Origin: an uncultured Aequorivita sp.
GTDB taxonomy: Bacteria > Bacteroidota > Bacteroidia > Flavobacteriales > Flavobacteriaceae
Assembly (NCBI GenBank): GCA_964565295.1
Contig: CAZMDY010000001.1
Coordinates: 1-43,878, forward strand
Reading direction: 5' to 3'
Length of the DNA stretch: 43,878 nt
Shown here piece by piece: positions 8,437 through 17,045 of the stretch (within the stretch, counting starts at the first letter, position 1; the number at the start of each line of letters is the position of its first letter). Under the pieces are notes generated by a model, which ran no database searches, was not told where the DNA came from, and saw nothing but the letters and a program-made list of their open reading frames with translations. A program made the position numbers and the translations under genes.

Positions 8437-10749
8437 ATGGCATCAAAAAAAGAAAAGCGAAAAAACCAAAGACCAAAGAACCTTGGCCGGAACATAAGGA
8501 CATTCTGGATACTCTTTACTGGGTTTGTATTGATGATCCTTTTGGTGTTCTTGCTTGCCTCATGGGGTGTTTTCGGAAGCCTTCCGGATGAAACAAGCCT
8601 TGAAAATCCAGAAAAAAACCTTGCCACAGAAATCATTTCCTCAGACGGAAAAACCATCGGTAAATTCTATAAAGAAAATCGCACTCCGGTTCAGTATGAT
8701 TCCTTGCCAAACCATTTGATAAATGCTTTGATAGCAACCGAGGACGTGCGTTTTTACGACCATTCTGGAATTGACGGAAAAGGAACCCTGCGGGCAATCG
8801 CCTTTCTTGGATCCCGCGGGGGAGCGAGTACCATTACCCAACAATTGGCAAAATTATTTTTTACTGAACAAGTTTCTCGCAACAAATTCCAACGTGGATT
8901 GCAGAAAATAAAAGAATGGATCATAGCCACCCGGTTGGAACGACGTTACACAAAAGAAGAGATAATCACCATGTATTTCAATGAATACGACTTTGTGAAT
9001 CAGGCCGTTGGAATTGAATCGGCTTCGCATATTTATTTCGATAAATCTCCTGCCAAACTTACCACAGCTGAATCGGCCATGCTCGTGGGCATGTTTAAAA
9101 ATGCTTCGCTTTACAACCCATTGCGAAATCCTGTGGGCGTTACCAATCGGAGAAATGTGGTATTGTCGCAAATGGAGAAATACGGTTTTATATCCAATGT
9201 AGTAAAAGATTCCCTACAAGCCCTTCCACTGGGGATAAAATTTACACCTCAAGGCCATGATGAAGGAATAGCAACATATTTCAGGGAATATGCGCGCCAT
9301 TTTATGGAAGATTGGATCAGAAAAAACCCAAAGCCCGACGGGAGCAGATACAATATTTACCAAGATGGTTTAAAAGTACACGTTACCATAGACAGCAAAA
9401 TGCAGGAATATGCCGAAGAATCGGTAAAGACCCATATGCCCCGTTTGCAAGCAGTTTTTGACGACCAAAACAAAAACAACAAAACAGCACCATTCCGACA
9501 TATAACCGAAAAAGAGACGGAGGGCATTTTGAATTCCGCTATGCGCAGAACCGATCGATGGCGAGAAATGACCGCCCAAGGGAAAGCCGACGAAGAGATC
9601 ATTCAAAGTTTTAAGGAAGAAGTGCCCATGCGAGTTTTTTCATGGCAGGGCGAAGTTGATACGTTAATGACACCCTTGGATTCCATTCGTTATCACAAAT
9701 CCTTCTTGCACGCCTCTATGGTATCCATGACTCCACAAACCGGAGAAGTTAAAGCCTGGGTGGGAGGGATTGACTATAAGTTTTTTAAATATGATATGGC
9801 CAAAAAAGGGAGAAGACAGATAGGTTCTACCTTTAAACCTTTTGTATATGCTACAGCAATTGACCAAATGCATATGTCGCCATGCGACACGCTTCCCAAT
9901 ACCCTTTATACCATTCCGGCAGGAAAACACCATTTATTGCAACCGTGGACTCCGAGAAATGCGGGCGACAAATACGGGGGAATGGTGACTTTAAAATATG
10001 CGCTTGCAAATTCCATAAACACCATAACTGCCCGGTTGATTGACCGCGTAGGACCAGAACCAGTAATCGATTTGATCGAAAAGATGGGAATTGACACAGA
10101 AAACATCCCCGCAGCTCCCTCAATTGCACTGGGAACTGCAGACATCTCGGTATATGAAATGGTTGGCGCCTATAGTACTTTCGCAAATGAAGGAGTCTAT
10201 GTAGAACCCATTCTGATCCAGCGAATCGAAGATAAAAACGGAACCATTCTTTTCCAAAATATTCCAAAAACAAGGGATGTGATCAGCGATGAAACAGCCT
10301 ACGTCTCTGTTAGTCTGATGGAAGGCGTTACCCATTCCGGTTCTGGAAGCCGTTTGCGCGGTACAGGACGAGGAGGAGCTGAAGTATATAAAAAAGCAGT
10401 AACTGGATATCCATACAACTTTACCAATCCGATTGCAGGAAAAACAGGAACAACCCAAAACAACAGCGATGGATGGTTCTTGGGCATGGTGCCAAACTTG
10501 GTCACTGGCGTTTGGGTTGGCGGAGAGGACAGGGCCACCCATTTTGGATCCATTACGTATGGCCAAGGTGCAACTATGGCACTGCCCATCTGGGGAATGT
10601 ATATGAAAAAATGTTATGAAGATAAGGATTTGGACGTCTCCACCGGCAATTTCCCAAAACCGGATCATCTGTCGATTGAAACAGACTGTTCAAAATGGAG
10701 TGAAACCAAATCAGAGGTGGAAAAAGTTCCGGACGAATTTGATTTTTAA
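8437..10749 (+). CDS. Penicillin-binding protein 1A (transglycosylase/transpeptidase)
   Basis: TM anchor; ATEDVRFYDHSGID, GASTITQQLAK; transpeptidase STFK, SIN and KTG motifs. Confidence 0.95.
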   Translation: MASKKEKRKNQRPKNLGRNIRTFWILFTGFVLMILLVFLLASWGVFGSLPDETSLENPEKNLATEIISSDGKTIGKFYKENRTPVQYDSLPNHLINALIATEDVRFYDHSGIDGKGTLRAIAFLGSRGGASTITQQLAKLFFTEQVSRNKFQRGLQKIKEWIIATRLERRYTKEEIITMYFNEYDFVNQAVGIESASHIYFDKSPAKLTTAESAMLVGMFKNASLYNPLRNPVGVTNRRNVVLSQMEKYGFISNVVKDSLQALPLGIKFTPQGHDEGIATYFREYARHFMEDWIRKNPKPDGSRYNIYQDGLKVHVTIDSKMQEYAEESVKTHMPRLQAVFDDQNKNNKTAPFRHITEKETEGILNSAMRRTDRWREMTAQGKADEEIIQSFKEEVPMRVFSWQGEVDTLMTPLDSIRYHKSFLHASMVSMTPQTGEVKAWVGGIDYKFFKYDMAKKGRRQIGSTFKPFVYATAIDQMHMSPCDTLPNTLYTIPAGKHHLLQPWTPRNAGDKYGGMVTLKYALANSINTITARLIDRVGPEPVIDLIEKMGIDTENIPAAPSIALGTADISVYEMVGAYSTFANEGVYVEPILIQRIEDKNGTILFQNIPKTRDVISDETAYVSVSLMEGVTHSGSGSRLRGTGRGGAEVYKKAVTGYPYNFTNPIAGKTGTTQNNSDGWFLGMVPNLVTGVWVGGEDRATHFGSITYGQGATMALPIWGMYMKKCYEDKDLDVSTGNFPKPDHLSIETDCSKWSETKSEVEKVPDEFDF

Positions 10750-10804
10750 CGTCTGGCGATTTATTGCACAACCATTTAAGTCACGAAACAGAAAATGAAA
10801 ATCC

Positions 10805-10833
10805 ATTCGGTTTTATAATAAACTGAATTTTTG
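10805..10833 (+). terminator. Weak candidate terminator after PBP1A
   Basis: ATTCGGTTT-TATAAT-AAACTGAAT followed by a T run; AT-rich stem with one G-U pair. Confidence 0.3.
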
Positions 10834-10855
10834 TAATTTTAATAAAAATCAAAAA

Positions 10856-11557
10856 ATGATACGAAAAACAGTTTCAAATGTCGTAGAGGCCTGTGAGGGC
10901 ATTGAGAACGGAATGACCTTTATGTTGGGCGGATTTGGACTATGCGGAATTCCCGAAAATATCATCAATGAACTGGTAAGACAAAACATTAAGGAGATAA
11001 CCTGTATTTCCAACAATGCCGGTGTAGATGATTTCGGATTGGGGCTTCTTCTGAAAAAACATCAAATAAAAAAAATGATCTCCTCTTACGTTGGTGAGAA
11101 CGCAGAATTTGAACGGCAGATGTTGAGCGGCGAAATGGAAGTTGAACTTGTGCCCCAGGGAACCTTGGCACAACGTTGCGAAGCTGCCCGTAGTGGTATC
11201 CCAGCCTTTTTCACTCCTGCAGGTTTTGGAACCGAGGTAGCCGAAGGAAAAGAAACCCGTGAGTTTAATGGAAAAATGTATGTGATGGAAGAGGCTTTCA
11301 AAGCTGATTTTTCCTTCGTTAAAGCTTGGAAAGGCGATACAGCCGGGAATCTTATTTTTAAAGGGACGGCACGAAATTTTAATCCAGCCATGTGCGGATC
11401 GGCTAAAATAACGGTAGCGGAGGTAGAAGAACTTGTGCCCGTTGGGGAATTAGATCCCAATCATATCCATATCCCTGGAATTTTTATCCAAAGAATATTT
11501 CAGGGGGAGAAATATGAAAAGAGAATTGAGCAACTAACAGTTAGAAAACGAAACTAA
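10856..11557 (+). CDS. scoA: 3-oxoacid CoA-transferase subunit A
   Basis: GGFGLCGIPEN, SNNAG, SSYVGEN, PQGTLA, ARNFNP. Confidence 0.93.
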   Translation: MIRKTVSNVVEACEGIENGMTFMLGGFGLCGIPENIINELVRQNIKEITCISNNAGVDDFGLGLLLKKHQIKKMISSYVGENAEFERQMLSGEMEVELVPQGTLAQRCEAARSGIPAFFTPAGFGTEVAEGKETREFNGKMYVMEEAFKADFSFVKAWKGDTAGNLIFKGTARNFNPAMCGSAKITVAEVEELVPVGELDPNHIHIPGIFIQRIFQGEKYEKRIEQLTVRKRN

Positions 11558-12213
11558 TGTCACTTTCAAAAGAACAAATAGCGCAGCGAATAGCGAAAGA
11601 AGTAAAGGATAGATATTACGTAAACCTAGGGATAGGAATACCCACATTGGTCGCCAATTTTGTGCGGGATGATATAAGTGTGGAATTCCAGAGTGAGAAC
11701 GGAATTTTGGGCATGGGGCCCTTTCCTTATGAAGGAGAAGCAGATCCAGATCTGATCAATGCTGGAAAACAAACCATTACGGCTCTTCCAGGCGCATCAT
11801 TCTTCGATTCGGCCATGAGTTTCGGGATGATCCGTGGACAGCATGTGGATTTGACCATCCTCGGAGCCATGGAAGTAGCCCAAAATGGCGATATTGCTAA
11901 TTGGAAAATACCCGGCAAAATGGTCAAAGGAATGGGCGGGGCAATGGATCTGGTCTCTTCCGCTGAAAATATTATCGTGGCAATGCTCCATACCAACAGA
12001 GCCGGAGAATCTAAGTTATTAAAAAAATGTTCTCTTCCGCTAACGGGCGTACAATGCGTGAAAAAAATAGTGACCAATCTTGCTGTTCTGGAGATAAAGA
12101 ATGGCAAATTCAATTTACTTGAGCGGGCACCTGGAGTTTCCGTTGAGGAAATTCGGAAAGCGACGGAAGGAGATATGATTGTTGAGGGCGAAATTCCTGA
12201 AATGAAATTTTAA
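11557..12213 (+). CDS. scoB: 3-oxoacid CoA-transferase subunit B
   Basis: VNLGIGIPT, catalytic QSENG, KGMGGAMDLV; TAATG overlap with scoA. Confidence 0.93.
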   Translation: MSLSKEQIAQRIAKEVKDRYYVNLGIGIPTLVANFVRDDISVEFQSENGILGMGPFPYEGEADPDLINAGKQTITALPGASFFDSAMSFGMIRGQHVDLTILGAMEVAQNGDIANWKIPGKMVKGMGGAMDLVSSAENIIVAMLHTNRAGESKLLKKCSLPLTGVQCVKKIVTNLAVLEIKNGKFNLLERAPGVSVEEIRKATEGDMIVEGEIPEMKF

Positions 12214-12227
12214 ATCTTATCCAACTT

Positions 12228-13919
12228 CTATATCCCTTTCGGGATAGCGCCTACTAGTGTTTTGGTATAATCCGTTTGCGGATTAGCGTAAATTTCATCT
12301 GCATCACCCAATTCCTCAATTTTCCCCTTATTCATTACCAATAGTTGATCGGACATGTATTTTACGACAGCTAAATCGTGCGATATAAAAATATAGGTAA
12401 ACCCGAAATCGTTTTTTAGCTCGTTTAGTACATTTAAAACCTGGGCTTGTACCGAAATATCAAGCGCGGAAACAGATTCGTCACAGATAACAAGTTTGGG
12501 TTCCACGGCAATGGTTCTCGCAATACCAACCCGTTGCCGCTGCCCACCGGACAATTCATGTGGATAACGATAAAAATAACTCGCATCCAACCCCACCCGT
12601 TCCAGTAGATTTAGTACCCTGTCTTTTCGCTCTTTTTTTGATTTTCCTATTCCGTGCACTTCCATAGGTTCCAATAGTGCTTGCCCTATTGGGGACCGCG
12701 GATTTAACGATGAATAAGGATCCTGAAATATAATCTGGATTTCTTTGCGAAGATTTCGGATTTCCGATTTTGACAATGCGATGAGCTCCGTGCCTTTATA
12801 TTTTATGCTCCCTGAAGTCGCTTTTTCCAATTGAAGGATGGTCTTTCCTAAAGTTGATTTTCCGCAGCCTGATTCTCCAACCAAACCTAAAGTTTCACCT
12901 TCAAAAACTGAAAAACTGACGTTGTCTACCGCTTTGATCGTTTTCCTTTTGGATGAAAAGATGCCTAAATCAGCAAAGTAATATTTTTTGAGATCTGAAA
13001 TTTCCAACAGAGGATTCTGGGTGTAAATTCGTTTGTGCCGCTTGGCGCGTTCAATGGGTTTTACCTCATGGGGCTCAAAACTTTTATCTGCAATCGACGC
13101 AATTGTTGGCAAAGTGGCAAGTCGAACATCCAGTGCCGGCCGGGCCTTCAGAAGCGCTTTGGTATAGGTTGCCTTCGGGGACTTGAAAATGGAATATGTG
13201 GAAGCATTTTCAACCACATCGCCTTTGTACATAACCATAACCCGATCCGCAATCTCAGATACCAAATTCAAGTCGTGGGAAATAAATAGCATCGCCATCT
13301 TGGTTTCGCGTTGAATGGATTTCAGGAGCGAAATAATTTCTTTTTGTACGGTTACGTCAAGAGCTGTTGTAGGTTCGTCCGCAATAAGTAATTTTGGTTT
13401 GCAGGCAATGGCCATAGCAATCATAACCCGTTGCATCTGTCCGCCACTTATTTGATGTGGATAGCTATTGTAAATTTCATTGGGACGAGGCAATTTCACT
13501 TTTTCAAACAGCGAAATAGTTTCCTTTTTAGCTTCAGATGACTTTAGGTTTAGATGAAGTTCAAGTATTTCCGAAACCTGTTTTCCGCATTTTAGTGATG
13601 GGTTCAGCGCACTCATTGGCTCCTGGAAAATCATTGCAATTTCCTTCCCCCGTATTTGCCGGAACTCCTTCTCTTTGATTTTTAGCAAGTCCTTTCCCTC
13701 AAAAAGAATGGATCCAGAACGATGTGCAGTTTTTTTTGGCAGTAGCCCCATAATGGACAACGAAGTAACAGATTTTCCAGAACCTGATTCTCCAACAATC
13801 CCCAAAATTTCATTTTCGAAAACATCAAAGGAAATTTGGTGCAGAACTTCTACGGATTTTTCCTTATTTCCAAAAGAAACCGTGAAATCCTGAACCGATA
13901 AGAGAGAGGTTTTTGACAT
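12228..13919 (-). CDS. ABC transporter ATP-binding protein, fused double ATPase (oligopeptide/dipeptide type)
   Basis: Two Walker A motifs ([16 protein letters not shown]), signatures ISGGQMQR and LSGGQRQR; a TATCTTTG box at 13925-13932 supports the ATG at 13919. Confidence 0.93.
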   Translation of the reverse strand: MSKTSLLSVQDFTVSFGNKEKSVEVLHQISFDVFENEILGIVGESGSGKSVTSLSIMGLLPKKTAHRSGSILFEGKDLLKIKEKEFRQIRGKEIAMIFQEPMSALNPSLKCGKQVSEILELHLNLKSSEAKKETISLFEKVKLPRPNEIYNSYPHQISGGQMQRVMIAMAIACKPKLLIADEPTTALDVTVQKEIISLLKSIQRETKMAMLFISHDLNLVSEIADRVMVMYKGDVVENASTYSIFKSPKATYTKALLKARPALDVRLATLPTIASIADKSFEPHEVKPIERAKRHKRIYTQNPLLEISDLKKYYFADLGIFSSKRKTIKAVDNVSFSVFEGETLGLVGESGCGKSTLGKTILQLEKATSGSIKYKGTELIALSKSEIRNLRKEIQIIFQDPYSSLNPRSPIGQALLEPMEVHGIGKSKKERKDRVLNLLERVGLDASYFYRYPHELSGGQRQRVGIARTIAVEPKLVICDESVSALDISVQAQVLNVLNELKNDFGFTYIFISHDLAVVKYMSDQLLVMNKGKIEELGDADEIYANPQTDYTKTLVGAIPKGI

Positions 13920-14034
13920 TTTTTCAAAGATAGCACAAACTTCCAAAATAATTTGTGCTCAGTTAGAACTGCTGTCTATTGTAAGAATATTATAAAGCCT
14001 AATTGTAAACTGAATTTTAAAAAACATCCATACT

Positions 14035-14523
14035 TTAATTCAATTTATACATAACAGAAAATGACGGAAAATTCAAAAAATCGTTTAAGATTTTACCTGT
14101 TGCGAAACCTCTCCTGTTTTCAAAATTTGGATTGGAGGAATAGTAAGAAAGAACATCATTCAGCAGGATTTACACGACCCAGCTCTCAGAAAAAAAGAAA
14201 TTGACGCCCATACTTAGGTACGTTTAAAATACGAATTGGTTGTGCGGGTAGCTTGTCAAATTTTTCTCTGACGGTCATATAGTCGTAATCTGCCCAAGCT
14301 TCGGCGTGGAGGTAAATGTCAGGAATTATTTTTAAGTAATAGTATTTGAGCTGGCCACCTGTCTTATAATTTGCAACATTTCCACTGCCTTTGGGATCGT
14401 TATTTCTAAAACTTTCGATTCCATAACCAATATAAGCTCCTGACAACAGCCTGTTTGTCAGCACCAACTGTTTGTTGCAATCAATAAAACCGAGAAGAAA
14501 AATATTTTGTATATAGTTTTCAT
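14035..14523 (-). pseudogene. Decayed gene, probably an outer-membrane beta-barrel protein
   Basis: Signal peptide MKTIYKIFFFSVLLIATNSWC then TGA; middle segment in another frame (GAYIGYGIESF...GGQLKYYY); terminal segment YLSMGVNFFFSESWVV*ILLNDVLSYY...FPSFSVMYKLN* with an internal TAA. Confidence 0.65.
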
Positions 14524-14768
14524 AGAAGGTATGAATTAATCTTAAATACTTATCCGTAAGGGCACTATAATTTGCACGATAGAAAAACTCGTTGAGATAG
14601 TTTTGTAAAAGCAATCTTCTGTCCGATGGTGCAGGCACATAAGTATCTTAGCATTGCTTATGGCTATTTGCTATAGGGCAACATTTTGTTCACATTGCCT
14701 CGCACATTTTTGGAGCGGTATTTCACTTGTTTTGTTATATATTTATCGCCCTTATTTTATAGAATGTG

Positions 14769-14809
14769 AAAAAGGGATCCACTTCAAGCTGAAATGAATC
14801 CCTCATTTT
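14769..14809 (-). terminator. Candidate terminator downstream of the repeat lipoprotein
   Basis: Imperfect inverted repeat AGGGAT..TTCA-agc-TGAA..ATCCCT with an A run that gives a U tract on the minus strand. Confidence 0.45.
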
Positions 14810-14828
14810 ATTCAGATTTCCAAAGGTT

Positions 14829-15242
14829 TTACAGCGGAGCGCCTACTTGTATATCACATCTGTGGCCGGGCTGCCCGTGTGGCGGATTTAAGCCTTCACC
14901 TGTTGCAGGAGTTGCATTGGCCTCGTTCTGCATATTGATTTGGGTAGGAGCCGCATTGGTGGAAGTTCCGTCCAAAGGAGCGCCAACAGCGATATCGCAT
15001 CGGTGACCGGGCTGTCCGTGGGGAGGATTTACATTTGCCGTGTTTCCTGAAGCCGCATTGGCATCGGTTGCGGGCACTGCATTGTCCAACATTTGCTTTT
15101 TCTGTTCAACCGATATTTCCTCTTGAACAACCTCAGTGGATTCCTCTGATTTGGTTTCGTCTTTACAAGAAATAAAGAACGGAACGGCGATCAACAGCAT
15201 CAACACAAAGGATTTCGGGATAAATTTTGAAGTAATCATCAT
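14829..15242 (-). CDS. Uncharacterised lipoprotein with two NPPHGQPGHRCDI(A/Q)VGAPL repeats
   Basis: Lipobox FISC at aa 23-26; low-complexity linker; 19-aa motif at aa 72-90 and 119-137. Confidence 0.85.
   Translation of the reverse strand: MMITSKFIPKSFVLMLLIAVPFFISCKDETKSEESTEVVQEEISVEQKKQMLDNAVPATDANAASGNTANVNPPHGQPGHRCDIAVGAPLDGTSTNAAPTQINMQNEANATPATGEGLNPPHGQPGHRCDIQVGAPL
14832..15029 (-). repeat. Intragenic duplicated 57-nt coding unit (14973-15029 and 14832-14888)
   Basis: 18 of 19 residues identical between copies while many third codon positions differ. Confidence 0.9.
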
Positions 15243-15329
15243 GAAAATTTAGGTTTTTAATAGTAATGAATCGGTAAATTTACTAAATTAAATGTGAACC
15301 ACAATAACTTACGATCCACAATCTTTCTC

Positions 15330-16043
15330 TCACACTGAAAGAATCTCTGAAGCCCCCAAAATGTCCTCATTCCGGAGCTTAAGCAAAATTTGGGCAACCG
15401 CTACCGTATCTTTTTCACAATAGGCCACGATTCTGTCGATATCACCTTCTTCATAAAAAACCGATCGAACTTCGCTTCCGTCTATATCGTCCTTTGGAGA
15501 AGGGATTCCCAGAACATACGCCATAAGTTTCAAAGAAGTAAAAGTTTTATAATCTCCAAACTTCCATAATTCCATGGTGTCCAAATGGGGAACTTCCCAT
15601 GGTTTTTTCCCGAAAAGATCCAGTTTTGAAGGCAGGTCGATTCCGTTTATTATCATTCGGCGCGCAATGTAGGGAAAATCGAACTCCTTGCCATTATGGG
15701 CGCAGAGAATGTGATATGCCTTATTGAAATGCGTATCCAGAAGGTTCCGAAAATCTTTCAGGATTTTTACTTCCCCCCCAAAAAAACTGGTAACACGAAA
15801 ATTCCGAACATCCCCTTTAAACACAAAATATCCTGCTGAGATACAAACTATCTTCCCAAATTCCGCCCAAATTCCGGCCCGGTCATAAAATTCCTCCGCT
15901 GTAAAATTTTCCTGACGTTGATACCTGCTTTTTTGTTCCCACAACTCTTTGGCAGCATCCTCCATATCATCATAATCCCGATATTGTGGAACGGTCTCAA
16001 TATCGATAAACAGAATGTGTTCCAAGTTTATACGTTTTATCAT
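15330..16043 (-). CDS. Stand-alone 3'-5' exonuclease, PolB-like DEDDy family
   Basis: ExoI FIDIETVP, ExoII AHNGKEFDFPY, ExoIII YCEKD; ATG 16043 preferred as start. Confidence 0.88.
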   Translation of the reverse strand: MIKRINLEHILFIDIETVPQYRDYDDMEDAAKELWEQKSRYQRQENFTAEEFYDRAGIWAEFGKIVCISAGYFVFKGDVRNFRVTSFFGGEVKILKDFRNLLDTHFNKAYHILCAHNGKEFDFPYIARRMIINGIDLPSKLDLFGKKPWEVPHLDTMELWKFGDYKTFTSLKLMAYVLGIPSPKDDIDGSEVRSVFYEEGDIDRIVAYCEKDTVAVAQILLKLRNEDILGASEILSV

Positions 16044-16156
16044 GATCGTATAATTTACTGCGGAAAATTGACCAACCTGCCAGTAGATTTCTTTAAGTAA
16101 ACCCAACTAAATCAGATACTTACTCAGTCAAGAAGACTTTTGGCCTTGAAATGGAT

Positions 16157-16666
16157 TTATTTTGAAAAAGTCCAGTTTTCAGTATAAACTGTAGTGTCGC
16201 CATTGTCGGCTACAGTTGTTTTCTCCCTTTGGATCTTAAAACCAGTGCGCCCAAAATCGCTAACTTTATAAGTACGGTTGTCGAAAGTCAACTCCGAAGT
16301 ATTTTCCTTTACGGAATATGACATTTTCTCGTCATCCTTGACCACAATATAGGGGTTTTCGGTACTTTGCCCGCTTTGGGTTTTTACTTCCACGACTCTA
16401 TAAGTTCCATCTAAAGTAAGTATGTCATTAGAATCAAAAGTGGCAGTAATGTTAAAAGTATCTCCCGTAGAGGTTGTCGTAGTGGTTACGTCAAACCCAT
16501 TGACATCCACAGTTTCCACTATTTTAGTTTGGTAGTAAGTTATGGAATACGTTCCAGTAAGATTGTTCTTACTATAATGATAGGACTCCACGCCATCGTC
16601 ATCTTTGCTACATCCGAACGCGATAAGAACCATAAACAAAAAGGAAAGAAATTTAATTGATTTCAT
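16157..16666 (-). CDS. Lipoprotein, lipocalin-like beta domain
   Basis: Lipobox AFGC followed by SKDDD (acidic export-signal-like); LTGTYSITYY start of a beta-rich domain. Confidence 0.75.
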   Translation of the reverse strand: MKSIKFLSFLFMVLIAFGCSKDDDGVESYHYSKNNLTGTYSITYYQTKIVETVDVNGFDVTTTTTSTGDTFNITATFDSNDILTLDGTYRVVEVKTQSGQSTENPYIVVKDDEKMSYSVKENTSELTFDNRTYKVSDFGRTGFKIQREKTTVADNGDTTVYTENWTFSK

Positions 16667-16936
16667 AGTTTCAGTTTTACAGATAATTTTTGACGAATAT
16701 AATACGATTTTATAAAGTAATAACCAAAATTAAAACTTATTTCATAGCTTACATCAAAACCATGGCAAATTGAATTTGTTTCAATGGGATAAATTTTCAG
16801 AGTTCTTCATGAAGTTGTTCTTCTAAAAGATTCTTATCTAACTTCACGGTTTTTTCGAAATGCAAGGGTCAATTGAACTTTGGATTAAATTGGACTGATT
16901 TGCGTTTATAACCCTATCAAAGTCAAACAGGATATG

Positions 16937-16944
16937 TATATTTG
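16937..16944 (+). promoter_or_regulatory. Bacteroidota -7 promoter box (TATATTTG) upstream of dsbD
   Basis: TAnnTTTG match about 100 nt before the ATG. Confidence 0.5.
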
Positions 16945-17045
16945 CGTATGGTTTTTCTGGATTTTACGGAACCCCTAATTTGAACTCATACAATCATTTT
17001 CTGCAAATTGGCCTTGCCTACCTGCCCAAACAATATAGCTCCCTG

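Noticed and set aside
14186-14638. 150-aa ORF as an intact gene
   Set aside because: Its N-terminal part crosses an out-of-frame signal peptide and only the middle looks coding; better explained as part of the pseudogene at 14035-14523.
14832-15029. CRISPR-like or mobile DNA repeat
   Set aside because: Only two copies, in frame, diverged at synonymous sites; it is a protein repeat and no cas genes are present.
16740-16925. Possible remnant of a Y1 (REP-associated) transposase on the minus strand
   Set aside because: Only a faint resemblance (..NSICHGF) across broken frames; no HUH motif or flanking repeats can be shown.
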